From Candidatus Aminicenantes bacterium (GTDB lineage: Bacteria; Acidobacteriota; Aminicenantia; Aminicenantales; Aminicenantaceae): a DNA stretch of 64,000 nucleotides. The stretch covers positions 3,366 to 67,365 of the forward strand of contig WVXO01000022.1 in NCBI GenBank assembly GCA_011773465.1. The letters are read 5' to 3'. Every line of letters begins with the position of its first letter. Positions within the stretch are counted from its first letter, which is position 1. The position numbers and the translations under genes were made by a program. Below are positions 1-8,739 of the stretch, one piece after another. Below the pieces are notes generated by a model. The model was not told where the DNA came from, ran no database searches, and saw only the letters and a program-made list of their open reading frames with translations.

Positions 1-223
1 GCGATAAGCCTTCGCAGTGAAAGAAAAGCCTCATCCACTCAATCTCCTCAGAGACCGATGCCTCTATTCTGAGAGTATCGCCTCTAATGAAGGCGGTGAG
101 AGGGGTATGGATGACCACAGAAGAAACCACCAGCTCTTCCTTTTGCTGGGCCAATAAAAATGAGTGAAATAAAAGAATTATTGAGGAAAGAGCAAGAGCT
201 GGGCAAAAAAGTCTTTTTTTCAT
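1..223 (-). CDS. Secreted hypothetical protein, N-terminal 74 codons (continues beyond left edge)
   Basis: ATG at 223 is preceded by AAAAGGAGAAG (SD-like). Translation MKKRLFCPALALSSIILLFHSFLLAQQKEE... is a typical signal peptide and the frame stays open to position 1. It is absent from the ORF track because there is no stop in the window. Confidence 0.5.
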   Translation of the reverse strand, partial: MKKRLFCPALALSSIILLFHSFLLAQQKEELVVSSVVIHTPLTAFIRGDTLRIEASVSEEIEWMRLFFHCEGLS

Positions 224-297
224 TTAGTTCTTCTCCTTTTCTCTGTCGGGTAAAAACTTCACAATGTTCATCCGCTGAAATGCTGGAATAAAGCCTA

Positions 298-945
298 TCA
301 CACTGAAAAAGGCCTGGTCAATGGAAGGAAAAGGAGAAGAAAACCGCTGATAAGAGAAGAGTCTGACAATTCAGGATGGACTCCACCATAAGTCCGTGTA
401 CAAATCCTATGCAACGCGTCTCTCAGAAATATTATTCTTTCTCCTTGGTTACCATCAAGAATCCCATAGTGGATAACCTGAAACGGAGGAGGGCGTTCGG
501 CTGTGAAGAAAAGCCTGATGTAACGGATGATCTTATCGATAATCTTGTTGTTTTCGATCAAGGCAATAGACTTCATCTAGCCGCCCCAGGAAGGACAGAA
601 CAGAGGTTCGACCTCGCAGACTTTTCGGATAATCTCCTCCCTACCTTTTGATAGTAAGAAGTGAGCTGCCTCAATGTTGGGAAGACGGGCGGTTTCAAAT
701 CCTTTCCTGGCATTTTTCCTCTATAAGCAAAGTAGTAAAGTTTATAATAGAACACCATCATCTGTCCTTTATCGGGAATATGACAAGTCGTCTTCTTTTG
801 ATCTCTTCTCCAACAATCTAATAATCTTATGATCTTTGTCTTTCGTTAATTTAAACAAGGAAAATTGTCTGATAAACCTTCGTTAAAGAGTGATAGAAAA
901 ATCACCCTTAAATTCATCGTAAAAGATGATTGATATATTGTTGAG
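298..945 (-). pseudogene. IS91-family (Y2/HUH-type) transposase relic, C-terminal part
   Basis: The minus-strand reading needs frame changes and crosses an in-frame TAG at 577-579. It gives ...TTCHIPDKGQMMVFYYKLYYFAYRGK...IIRKVCEVEPLFCPSWGG*MKSIALIENNKIIDKIIRYIRLFFTAERPPP. From memory this matches the IS91-family C-terminal signature HIPDK / RYYG.YSN / CP.CGG.M..IA.I...I..IL.HL.L...RPPP. Confidence 0.6.
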
Positions 946-954
946 TTGTATGTT

Positions 955-2238
955 ATGAAAAAACAAATAGTCAAAATAATTTTTTTAATAATTCCTAAAA
1001 AGATGGAGGTATCAAAATTGAAAAATCAAAAAGAAAAAGGCCTTTTAATTTTAGGTACAGTTTTCTTCTGTTTCATTTGGATTTTCATGTTTGTTGCTGT
1101 CCATCTTATTGCAGAAGAACCACATGTGATCCTGTATAACCTCACTAACTATCGTGGTCGACAGATGAAAATAACCAAATCGGCTCCAAATCTCTCCTCA
1201 TCACCTTATAAATTCGATAATATGGCAGCATCGATCAAGCTGGTTGGTGTCTCTTCGGTCGCTGTGTACGAGGATGGAAACTATAGAGGTTGGTGTGAGA
1301 CGATTACTCGTGACATACCCAACCTAGCTGCCCTTGACATCGGCAAAAACAAAATCTCTTCCATTAAACTAAACGCTAGATGCGCTTCTACGGGTCCTTC
1401 TGTGATTCTATACGAAAGAAAGAATTATCAAGGCAATCAAATTCGAATCAGAGGAAATAAATGGGTTATAGATTCAAAATTAAAACCATCCTCGCTTAAG
1501 CTTGATGGAGCCTCTTCCGTTGCTGTATATACTGGCGAGAGATACAGTGGTTTTTGTGAGACGTTTACGAAAAATGTTGAGAATCTGTCAAAGACAAGTA
1601 TCGGGAACAATAATATCAAATCGCTAAAGGTCAACGGAAATTGTGGCATTGTGGGCAAGGCAGTGGTCTTATACGAGAATATCAACTATAGTGGTAAGCA
1701 GTTTATTGTGACTGGAGATATTTCGAATCTCAGACAAATGGGTTTCAATAATAAAGTTTCCTCAATTAAGCTTTTCAAGGTCAACTCTGTTGGTGTATTT
1801 GATCAACCTGGTTACAGGGGGGCATGCGAAACCATCACGACCAATACAGCTAATTTGCGCTTTGCCAGTGATAGAGTTTCATCCATCCTGTTGAACTTTA
1901 AATGTGGAAGAGTCATCACTGTTAAGAACAATGCAGGTTTTGTTATCAAAGCCTATTACAGGATTAGTCGAGGTAGCATTAAAACCGAGGGACTGCGGAG
2001 CGATTTTCCAAGATCGGTAGAGAAGAATTTGCGTCTTGGGCAGACTGCGGAGTTTAGTGCTGAAGGCAATAAACCTGTTGATCTTATTATTGAAATGTAT
2101 ACTGGTCTTCCAACAGATGACCTCAAGAAAGCTGAGATCAAACAGATCTGTAGACACCATCTTGATATGAAACAGGATGTTACTATTATAGTAACAGGTA
2201 CTGTATTTAATCCCCGTTGTGAGCTTATAAAAAATTAA
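955..2238 (+). CDS. Membrane-anchored protein with six beta/gamma-crystallin Greek-key motifs plus an unknown C-terminal domain
   Basis: The ORF spans 946-2238, with the first ATG at 955 and another at 1003, so the start is uncertain. An N-terminal hydrophobic helix (LLILGTVFFCFIWIFMFVAVHLI) is followed by six ~40-aa repeats of the type V.LYE..NY.G....I......L......N.ISSIKL (residues ~60-320). About 110 unassigned residues follow. Confidence 0.75.
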   Translation: MKKQIVKIIFLIIPKKMEVSKLKNQKEKGLLILGTVFFCFIWIFMFVAVHLIAEEPHVILYNLTNYRGRQMKITKSAPNLSSSPYKFDNMAASIKLVGVSSVAVYEDGNYRGWCETITRDIPNLAALDIGKNKISSIKLNARCASTGPSVILYERKNYQGNQIRIRGNKWVIDSKLKPSSLKLDGASSVAVYTGERYSGFCETFTKNVENLSKTSIGNNNIKSLKVNGNCGIVGKAVVLYENINYSGKQFIVTGDISNLRQMGFNNKVSSIKLFKVNSVGVFDQPGYRGACETITTNTANLRFASDRVSSILLNFKCGRVITVKNNAGFVIKAYYRISRGSIKTEGLRSDFPRSVEKNLRLGQTAEFSAEGNKPVDLIIEMYTGLPTDDLKKAEIKQICRHHLDMKQDVTIIVTGTVFNPRCELIKN

Positions 2239-2319
2239 CCAATCCAGATGCAGGTATTCTAGCTTATAGCCCTTAGCATTAAGGACAATTAATATCTCTG
2301 TCCCGTATTTGTGATATTT

Positions 2320-2863
2320 TATACTATTGGCTGCTTATTAATTCACCAATGCGAAGGATAGACTTGTTAGACTTCTTTGAGGCGTGCTCCAAAGTCGATT
2401 ACAACATCGCAACATACAGGTTTTAATGTCCACAGCCAAGTCAGGGCTACAGACATTAGAGGAAGCCGTGAGGGTGGGCAAATACATGGTCCGACCGCTG
2501 CTCTCCCTTCAGTCTCATCAAAACTTAAGGGCTGTAAGGACAATATGCGCCTTATCATGTATTTTCCCACAATCTACGCACCGAATCCACGCAAAGCCGC
2601 ACTTCGGATTTCCACAGTCCAGGCTTGTTGCGAGGGACTCAGTGACGAAGCAATCTCATGCCCTTAGCGAGGCACTATGAGATAAACACGGCCTTTCAGG
2701 CCTCGCGATGACCTCCGGTCACTTCCTTAATAACCGCTCGAAAGTAACCATACTCTCTCTCGAAGCGATTCTCATATTCTGAGACAAACTCCTCAAAGTA
2801 ACGAAACATCACCCCGTAGAAGACAGTGCGTTCCGGATGTCGCTGGCGATATATCCCGGCCAT
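2320..2863 (-). pseudogene. IS91-family transposase relic, N-terminal zinc-binding part
   Basis: From the ATG at 2863 the minus strand reads MAGIYRQRHPERTVFYGVMFRYFEEFVSEYENRFEREYGYFRAVIKEV. After a frame break it reads LDCGNPKCGFAWIRCVDCGK...CICPPS. This fits the remembered IS91 N-terminal pattern (R.PE.T.LY....H...F......ER.YG..R..I.....YLDCG....GFARIRC.DCG....FSCK.R.FCPSC). Stops and frameshifts occur throughout. Confidence 0.65.
2626..2716. repeat. ~85-90 bp hairpin-rich insertion inside the transposase relic
   Basis: 97 nt separate the codons for ...VIKEV (ending at 2720) from LDCGNP (starting at 2622), where intact relatives have only a few codons. The insert contains GCGAGGC...GCCTCGC and GGCCTTTCAGGCC palindromes, and the flanking frames differ by +1. 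Confidence 0.4.
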
Positions 2864-2995
2864 AGCAGGGACAATGATTCAAAAAACACGCCAGGATGTT
2901 GGTAAAGCCGGAACAGATTCTTTTCCCCTGGAAGAGACCTATACTCAATTCCAGTCATACAAAAAAATGTAAACTACAGTTTACTTTTATGTGAT

Positions 2996-3076
2996 GGGCA
3001 GGACTACTTCTGTTTACCTAACTAATCTTGATAATGGTGTAGATAATTTTTCTTCAAGAAAAAGAAGCCTGTCCCC
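2996..3076. repeat. Family-A MITE-like element (degenerate copy)
   Basis: The left arm GGGCAGGACTACTTCTG (2996-3012) and right arm GAAAAAGAAGCCTGTCCCC (3058-3076) are imperfect inverted copies of the GGGGACAGGCTACTTTTTC motif seen elsewhere. The element abuts the hppA stop codon (3078-3080). Confidence 0.5.
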
Positions 3077-3077
3077 G

Positions 3078-5042
3078 TTACATGATCAAGGGGGCAAAGA
3101 CAAGGCTGACCACCGCCATAAGCTTGATCAGGATATTCATTGAAGGACCAGCCGTATCTTTTAAAGGATCACCGACAGTATCTCCGATGACAGAAGCAGC
3201 ATGAACTTCTGTTCCCTTTCCTCCCAGGTTTCCTTCTTCAATCCATTTCTTGGCATTGTCCCACGCAGCTCCAGCATTGGCCATGAATATCCCCAGGAGA
3301 ACTCCAGTGGCGGTGGCTCCGGCTAAAAATCCGCCAAGAGACTCAGGCCCGATAAAAAAGCCGATAACAAGAGGCGCAACTATGGCTAAAAGACCGGGAA
3401 GAATCATTTCTGCTAAAGCTCCGCGAGTTACAATATCAATGCAGCGGTCGGAATCAGGCCTGGCCTTTCCTGCCATTATGCCTTTTATTTCTTTGAACTG
3501 TCTTCTTATCTCCAGGACCATTTTATCAGCTGTTTTCCCTACAGCTTTCATCGTCAAAGAAGCAATGACAAAAGGCATAAGAGCTCCGATGAGAAGACCG
3601 ATGACTGTTTCGACGTTGGTCAGGCTTATGAATTTGAGCTTCGCAGTTTTCTGGAAGGCAGAGAAGAGAGCTAGAGCGGTCAGGGCAGCCGAGCCTATAG
3701 CAAATCCTTTGCCGATAGCCGCAGTAGTGTTTCCTAAAGAGTCGAGTTTATCTGTTATCTTTCTTATGTTCGGGCCTGCCTTGGACATTTCTGCAATCCC
3801 CCCAGCATTATCCGCAATCGGCCCGTAAGAATCTGTGGACATGACAATGCCGATAGTGGCCAGCATTCCCACTGCCGAGATAGCTATTCCATAGAGCCCT
3901 GCTAATTTAAAGGAGATGAAAATAGCAGCTCCGATAGTGATAAGAGGAAGGATAGCACTCTGGAAGCCTACAGCGAGTCCGGTTATAATAGCTGGAGCAC
4001 TTCCTGTTTGGGCTGTTCTGGCAATTGTTTTAATCGGGGGACCTGAGGTAAAATACTCGCTTTCGAGTCCTATCAAAACCCCTGCAAGCATACCGCTCAA
4101 TACTGCCCAGAATACGTTTAAATTACCCAGAATCATCTTTACGGAGAAAAATGCCCCTGCTATGAATAAAAGACCGCTGATGTAATATGCATTCCTCAAG
4201 GCAGATTGAGGGCTTATATTCTTTAAAACGTTAATAGAAAAAACTCCGATGATGGAACTGAGAAGGCCGACCACAATCAGAAGCAACGGCAGGGACATAT
4301 AGTTGAGGGCAGGAGCTAGGGTTGACCCTATAGCGAAAGAGGCGATGACAGAGCCAACATAGGATTCAAAGAGATCTGCTCCCATCCCTGCAGTATCTCC
4401 TACGTTATCGCCGACATTATCAGCAATGACACCCGGATTGCGTGGATCGTCTTCGGGTATGCCTGCTTCGACTTTTCCCACAAGGTCTGCACCAACATCT
4501 GCGCTTTTGGTAAAGATTCCACCTCCCACTCGAGCAAAAAGTGCCACCGAGCTTGCACCCATGGCAAAGCCGTTGATGATTAAGGGGTCTTTTGTGAAAA
4601 AGTAAAAAATGCCGATTCCAGCGACTCCGAGAGCTGCCACCGAAATTCCCATAACAGCTCCACCCTGGAATGCAATGGTCAAAGCTACGGGAGTTCCCCC
4701 CTGAATAGCACCCTGGGTCGACCGGACAGCAGAACGCGTAGATGCTTTAAGTCCTATAAAACCGGCAAGCATAGAACAGGTGGCTCCTGTTAAAAAGGCA
4801 AGGCTTGTGTAGATGGAAAAGAGTTTCCACAGTACTGCGAAAATGACGACCACAAAAATTGAAATGTAACTGTATTCTCTTCTTAAAAAAACCATAGCAC
4901 CTGAATGGACTGCTTCTGCGATTGAATTCATAATTTCGGTTCCTTTAGGATATCTTTTGACCAGAAAATAGATGAGAAGTGCAAAAAAGATTCCTAAAAA
5001 TCCAAGAATAAAAGAAAAAGGAATTAAATCAAGCAATGTCAT
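3078..5042 (-). CDS. hppA: Membrane-bound ion-translocating pyrophosphatase, K+-dependent type
   Basis: A ~655-aa polytopic protein with hallmark motifs GGG(I)[25 protein letters not shown] and [18 protein letters not shown]. Ala in GNTT-A-A is the known signature of K+-dependent PPases (Lys in K+-independent ones). The start is set at MTLLDLIPF (ATG at 5042). The 47 upstream codons of the ORF do not look PPase-like. Confidence 0.93.
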   Translation of the reverse strand: MTLLDLIPFSFILGFLGIFFALLIYFLVKRYPKGTEIMNSIAEAVHSGAMVFLRREYSYISIFVVVIFAVLWKLFSIYTSLAFLTGATCSMLAGFIGLKASTRSAVRSTQGAIQGGTPVALTIAFQGGAVMGISVAALGVAGIGIFYFFTKDPLIINGFAMGASSVALFARVGGGIFTKSADVGADLVGKVEAGIPEDDPRNPGVIADNVGDNVGDTAGMGADLFESYVGSVIASFAIGSTLAPALNYMSLPLLLIVVGLLSSIIGVFSINVLKNISPQSALRNAYYISGLLFIAGAFFSVKMILGNLNVFWAVLSGMLAGVLIGLESEYFTSGPPIKTIARTAQTGSAPAIITGLAVGFQSAILPLITIGAAIFISFKLAGLYGIAISAVGMLATIGIVMSTDSYGPIADNAGGIAEMSKAGPNIRKITDKLDSLGNTTAAIGKGFAIGSAALTALALFSAFQKTAKLKFISLTNVETVIGLLIGALMPFVIASLTMKAVGKTADKMVLEIRRQFKEIKGIMAGKARPDSDRCIDIVTRGALAEMILPGLLAIVAPLVIGFFIGPESLGGFLAGATATGVLLGIFMANAGAAWDNAKKWIEEGNLGGKGTEVHAASVIGDTVGDPLKDTAGPSMNILIKLMAVVSLVFAPLIM

Positions 5043-5293
5043 ATGGTAGATACCTGCCCAAAAATTTAAAACGATGTATAGCATAAAACAAATTAAATTG
5101 CAATGATTCTGAGGGTGCTCCCTCCTAATTAAGAGTATCCCTTGAAAAAACGTCCCCAGTTTCCTTAGGGGAAATCCTCGCATGTAATCCGGTTAATAAG
5201 GGATGTCCACTTGGCAAATGTCTCCAAATTCAGTTGACGCAGATATCTTATTTAATTATATTGTTTAGTAAAGGCTAAGATTGTCGTTGAGAT

Positions 5294-6229
5294 ATGGAAA
5301 AATCAAGAGCAGCAAAAGAAGGTAAAATTTGGGCAATCGGTGGCGGCAAAGGTGGCACGGGAAAGACTTTTGTCACCAGCGCCATGGGTACTTATCTAGC
5401 TGCAAAGGGGAAGAGGGTTGTTTTAATAGACATTGATATCGGGGGGGCAAACCTCCATTCATTTTTCGGTATCAACAGACCTAAAAAATCTCTGACGGAT
5501 TTTTTTGAGGCTGGAGCTTCTCTCAATAAACTTGCAGTGAAGACCGGTATAGATAATATGTCCTTGATAACCGGAGATATTCATTCCCTCGCCTCCGACA
5601 GCATAAAATTCACCCAAAAACTCAAGTTATTCAGGCATATTATGAAATTAAATGAACAATACGTAATTATTGACCTGGGTGGCGGGAGCCATAACAATAC
5701 TATTGATACTTTTCTTATGGCTGACAAGATGATTGTCATTTTGGAGCCAGAAATACCATCCATCGAGAATGTGTATCATTTTATAAAAAATGCTTTATTC
5801 AGGAAATTAAGAATGTCACTCAGAGAATATGGTTTTAAGGACATTGTTGAACAAATGTGGGAAAGAAGAAAAGAATATAATATAAAAAGCCTGAGAGAGC
5901 TTATGGATTGTATCAGGGATAGCTTTTCCTATGTAGAGGATATTATTCATAAGGTGCTGTCCGACTTCAATCTTTACCTCATATTGAATAAGATAAGAAG
6001 CAGTGATGATATATTAATAGGTTCCTCCATGAAGAGTATTTTCATGAAATATTTAGGAGTGGATACAAAATTTGTGGGCTTTGTAGAATATGAGGATTCT
6101 GTTTGGAGATCGATCCGGGAAAGAAGGCCTTTTATGCTGAATTATTCGTTGTCACGTAGCGCAAGAGAAGTAGAGATTTTCACAGAGAATCTGTTAAAGG
6201 GAAAAGAGATAAAATTATCACGAAATTGA
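5294..6229 (+). CDS. MinD/ParA-family P-loop ATPase
   Basis: It carries the deviant Walker A GGGKGGTGKT near the N-terminus, followed by VVLIDIDIGGANL and IIDLGGG (Walker B-like). The length of 311 aa fits the family. Confidence 0.85.
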   Translation: MEKSRAAKEGKIWAIGGGKGGTGKTFVTSAMGTYLAAKGKRVVLIDIDIGGANLHSFFGINRPKKSLTDFFEAGASLNKLAVKTGIDNMSLITGDIHSLASDSIKFTQKLKLFRHIMKLNEQYVIIDLGGGSHNNTIDTFLMADKMIVILEPEIPSIENVYHFIKNALFRKLRMSLREYGFKDIVEQMWERRKEYNIKSLRELMDCIRDSFSYVEDIIHKVLSDFNLYLILNKIRSSDDILIGSSMKSIFMKYLGVDTKFVGFVEYEDSVWRSIRERRPFMLNYSLSRSAREVEIFTENLLKGKEIKLSRN

Positions 6230-6231
6230 TT

Positions 6232-6795
6232 ATGCCTAAAAAAAACCTGAAAAAATATTTCGATATTCTTGAAATTGATTCAAATGCATCGCTTTCTGAG
6301 ATAAGAAATACATACATCCGTCTAAAAAAATTGTATTCCACCGACTCTATGGTGATAACTCCAATTGCAGATGAGTTTTCAAAGAAGAAGAGGCTGGCAG
6401 TATTACAGCAAATTGAAGAGGCATACACAAGACTAAAAGAAGAGTTAAAAGATGAGCGTCAAAAATCAACCTATTTCGGAAAACCTGGTGTGGCTTCTGA
6501 AAATAGCACTGAAGGAGAAGAAACAGAAAGCATCTCGTTTAGTGGAGATGTTTTGAGAAAGATAAGGGAAAGAAGGAGAATACACCTGCATGAGGTTGCA
6601 CTCGATACTAAAATACGAATGGAAATTCTTGAGAATATCGAGTATGAGAGATTTGATGCTCTTCCACAAGAAGTATATCTCAGGGGGCACGTGAGTAATT
6701 ATGCGCGATATCTTTTACTCGATGCCAGAAAGGTCGCCGATGATTATATCAGAAGGTATAAAACCTGGAAGGCTGATGCTGAGGAGAAGGTTTGA
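6232..6795 (+). CDS. J-like domain (no HPD) fused to RodZ-type helix-turn-helix protein
   Basis: The N-terminus YFDILEIDSNASLSEIRNTYIRLKKLYSTDS mimics J-domain helices I-II but has STD where HPD should be. The C-terminal half LRKIRERRRIHLHEVALDTKIRMEILENIEYERFDALPQEVYLRGHVSNYARYLLLD resembles the RodZ/HTH_25 N-terminal domain. The start lies 2 nt after the upstream stop (an alternative TTG at 6226 overlaps it). Confidence 0.6.
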   Translation: MPKKNLKKYFDILEIDSNASLSEIRNTYIRLKKLYSTDSMVITPIADEFSKKKRLAVLQQIEEAYTRLKEELKDERQKSTYFGKPGVASENSTEGEETESISFSGDVLRKIRERRRIHLHEVALDTKIRMEILENIEYERFDALPQEVYLRGHVSNYARYLLLDARKVADDYIRRYKTWKADAEEKV

Positions 6796-6926
6796 GCTTG
6801 AATCCTGCTCTTTGTTCCTTTATTATGGGCGTGATCAGATTTTGTTTATTTTTGAACGATAAATTTTCATCTACCTCTTAAAAATTAGGGGGAAGGAAGA
6901 TTCCAATAATTAAAGAGGATAGTTAC

Positions 6927-8033
6927 TTGCGGGTAATTACAACCATCATTTTTTTTGGGCTATCCATATCATTAATCTTTGTCTGCTCTCCTCTAGTTTT
7001 TGGGGAGGAGAACAAAAAAAATGAGAGTGAAGAGAAAAAAAGCAGGTTGATTGTACTTCCCGTTATTTTTTACTCGCCAGAAACTAAAGTGGCTGGTGGA
7101 TTAGGAGGTATTTATAGCTTCCGTACTTCAAATAAAGCACAAAGTCGGCCTTCAAGCATCAGGCTGGGTATGATTTACACCCAAAAAAAGCAGGTCATGC
7201 TTGAGTTTGGTCCTGACATTTACTTCAAGAATGAAGAGTACCATCTGAAATGCAAAATCAATTTTATTAACTTCTCTGAAAGATTTTATGGGATTGGCAG
7301 TAGCACAACTAAGGATATGAGAGAAGATTTCACATCTCGAATTACCAGAATAAACCTAAATCTTAAGAAAAAACTATTTCAAAAGCTGTATATCGGTATT
7401 CAATACGAACGCGAACAAAATGAAGTTGTCAAAGTCGAGGAAGATGGTCAGCTGATAAGAAAGGAAATTTTGGGAAGCGAACCTGGAAAGGTTTCTGGAA
7501 TAGGTTTCTTGGTAAACCGGGACGCCAGAAATAATATTTTTTCCCCATCATCGGGAGATTTTTGCCTCCTATCAACAACTCTTTTTCGCAACGGATTAGG
7601 AAGCAATTATGATTTCACCAGGCATAGGCTTGATCTTCGAAAATATTTCCCACTTTTTTCTTCTCATGTGCTGGCTTTTCAGAGTTATTTTAGTCTCATT
7701 ACAGGAGATCCTCCATTCCAGATGCTATCTCTAATGGGTGGCCAAAACTGGATGCGGGGTTATTACAAGGGCCGATTCAGAGATAAAAATATGATTGTTT
7801 TGCAAATGGAATACCGTATGCCGTTGTTGTGGAAGTTCGGAATAGTAGGCTTCTTAGGATTTGGCGATGTAGCAAATAAAGTAGATAATTTCGTCCTAAA
7901 AGATTTTAAGTATTCTGTAGGATTGGGAATTCGCTATATGCTCAGTTGTAAAGAAAAGCTCAATGTGAGATTTGACTTTGGCTTTTGTAAGGAGTCTTTT
8001 GGCGTTTATATTGCCGTAAATGAAGCGTTTTAA
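6927..8033 (+). CDS. Outer-membrane beta-barrel, Omp85/surface-antigen (D15)-like, no POTRA region
   Basis: A signal peptide (IIFFGLSISLIFVCSPLVFG) is followed by alternating beta-strand patterns. The C-terminal region GFLGFGDVAN...YSVGLGIRYML...VRFDFGF ends in an aromatic residue (..NEAF). The start codon is TTG. Confidence 0.55.
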   Translation: MRVITTIIFFGLSISLIFVCSPLVFGEENKKNESEEKKSRLIVLPVIFYSPETKVAGGLGGIYSFRTSNKAQSRPSSIRLGMIYTQKKQVMLEFGPDIYFKNEEYHLKCKINFINFSERFYGIGSSTTKDMREDFTSRITRINLNLKKKLFQKLYIGIQYEREQNEVVKVEEDGQLIRKEILGSEPGKVSGIGFLVNRDARNNIFSPSSGDFCLLSTTLFRNGLGSNYDFTRHRLDLRKYFPLFSSHVLAFQSYFSLITGDPPFQMLSLMGGQNWMRGYYKGRFRDKNMIVLQMEYRMPLLWKFGIVGFLGFGDVANKVDNFVLKDFKYSVGLGIRYMLSCKEKLNVRFDFGFCKESFGVYIAVNEAF

Positions 8034-8142
8034 TGTATCCGCAACTGCCCGCGGCCTGGGGCACACGTGTATTTTGCTCTGATTAGTGGGTCGCGGATAG
8101 CCTGAGGGGGTAACAATGCTTCCCGCAATGACGTTGAAGAGG

Positions 8143-8487
8143 CTATTTTATAGGGGAACTATCCTCCAGCACGGATTGTAGTTTGGGAATGATATCATCG
8201 GCTATATTGAGGAACTCAAGACCAACGTCGTAAATAGCATCAGAGCCTGGAGGAAGCGCACTTATCCAGACAACCTTCACTAGAGCTTTCAATGAGTTTC
8301 CGCTAGGAAGGAGGAGTTCGATTTCAAGTGCTTGGCCCTTTTTAAGCGGCTTGTTGCTGTAAATACGCACGCCTGCAAGGCTGATGTTGGAAGTTTGGCT
8401 ACTCATCCCGAAGACGCTTGCAGGACGGTAATAAACTGGCGCCTTTACCCGGGGGAATCGCCGTCTATCGAATTTCGATTTTTTCAA
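8143..8487 (-). CDS. Single-domain PilZ protein (c-di-GMP receptor family)
   Basis: RRRFPRVKA (RxxxR) and SNISLAGV (D/NxSxxG) motifs occur at the expected spacing in a 114-aa protein. Confidence 0.8.
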   Translation of the reverse strand: MKKSKFDRRRFPRVKAPVYYRPASVFGMSSQTSNISLAGVRIYSNKPLKKGQALEIELLLPSGNSLKALVKVVWISALPPGSDAIYDVGLEFLNIADDIIPKLQSVLEDSSPIK

Positions 8488-8589
8488 TGCTGTCGCTTTT
8501 CTAGTATTCTTGAAGTTATGAAAATATAGCTTAGTTTAGCATAGTATAGAATGCAAATGCTTTGGTGTCAATTAATAAGTATAATAAAT

Positions 8590-8612
8590 AAATGGGGACA
8601 GGCCCCATTTTT
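8590..8612 (-). terminator. Hairpin AAATGGGGACAGGCCCCATTTTT downstream of miaB (family-B hairpin)
   Basis: A 6-bp GC-rich stem ATGGGG/CCCCAT is flanked by A and T runs on either side, so it could terminate transcripts from both strands. Confidence 0.45.
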
Positions 8613-8621
8613 CTTAAAAAT

Positions 8622-8738
8622 AAAAGGGGACAGGCTACTTTTTCTGTTTTAACTGTTCATAAAAAGAGGAAAGGCCGCCTTTTCTAATTTTCTGTCTATT
8701 ATTCTTTCATCCAGAAAAAGTAGCCTGTCCCCCTTTTT
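8622..8738. repeat. Family-A MITE-like element (117 bp, ~25-bp terminal inverted repeats)
   Basis: The left end AAAAGGGGACAGGCTACTTTTTCTG (8622-8646) is the near-perfect reverse complement of the right end CCAGAAAAAGTAGCCTGTCCCCCTTTTT (8711-8738). The element abuts the miaB stop codon. Confidence 0.65.
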
Positions 8739-8739
8739 T

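Noticed and set aside
2367-2680. Three overlapping 67-98 aa ORFs on both strands
   Set aside because: They lie within the decayed transposase N-terminal region and the inserted palindromic element. Their sequences are frame-shifted transposase remnants or repeat read-through.
2969-2984. Perfect palindrome GTAAACT-AC-AGTTTAC ~105 bp upstream of the transposase relic start, possibly an IS91 terminal hairpin
   Set aside because: I cannot match it to a known oriIS/terIS sequence from memory. It is a single occurrence in an AT-rich spacer next to a family-A repeat, so the evidence is insufficient.
3250-4185. Plus-strand ORFs of 192 and 89 aa inside hppA
   Set aside because: These are shadow ORFs antisense to a clearly conserved PPase gene. 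They are Ala/Pro/Arg-rich with no motifs.
5043-5183. 47-codon N-terminal extension of the hppA ORF
   Set aside because: The extension ([30 protein letters not shown]...) has no PPase similarity. The conserved N-terminal TM helix starts at MTLLDLIPF.
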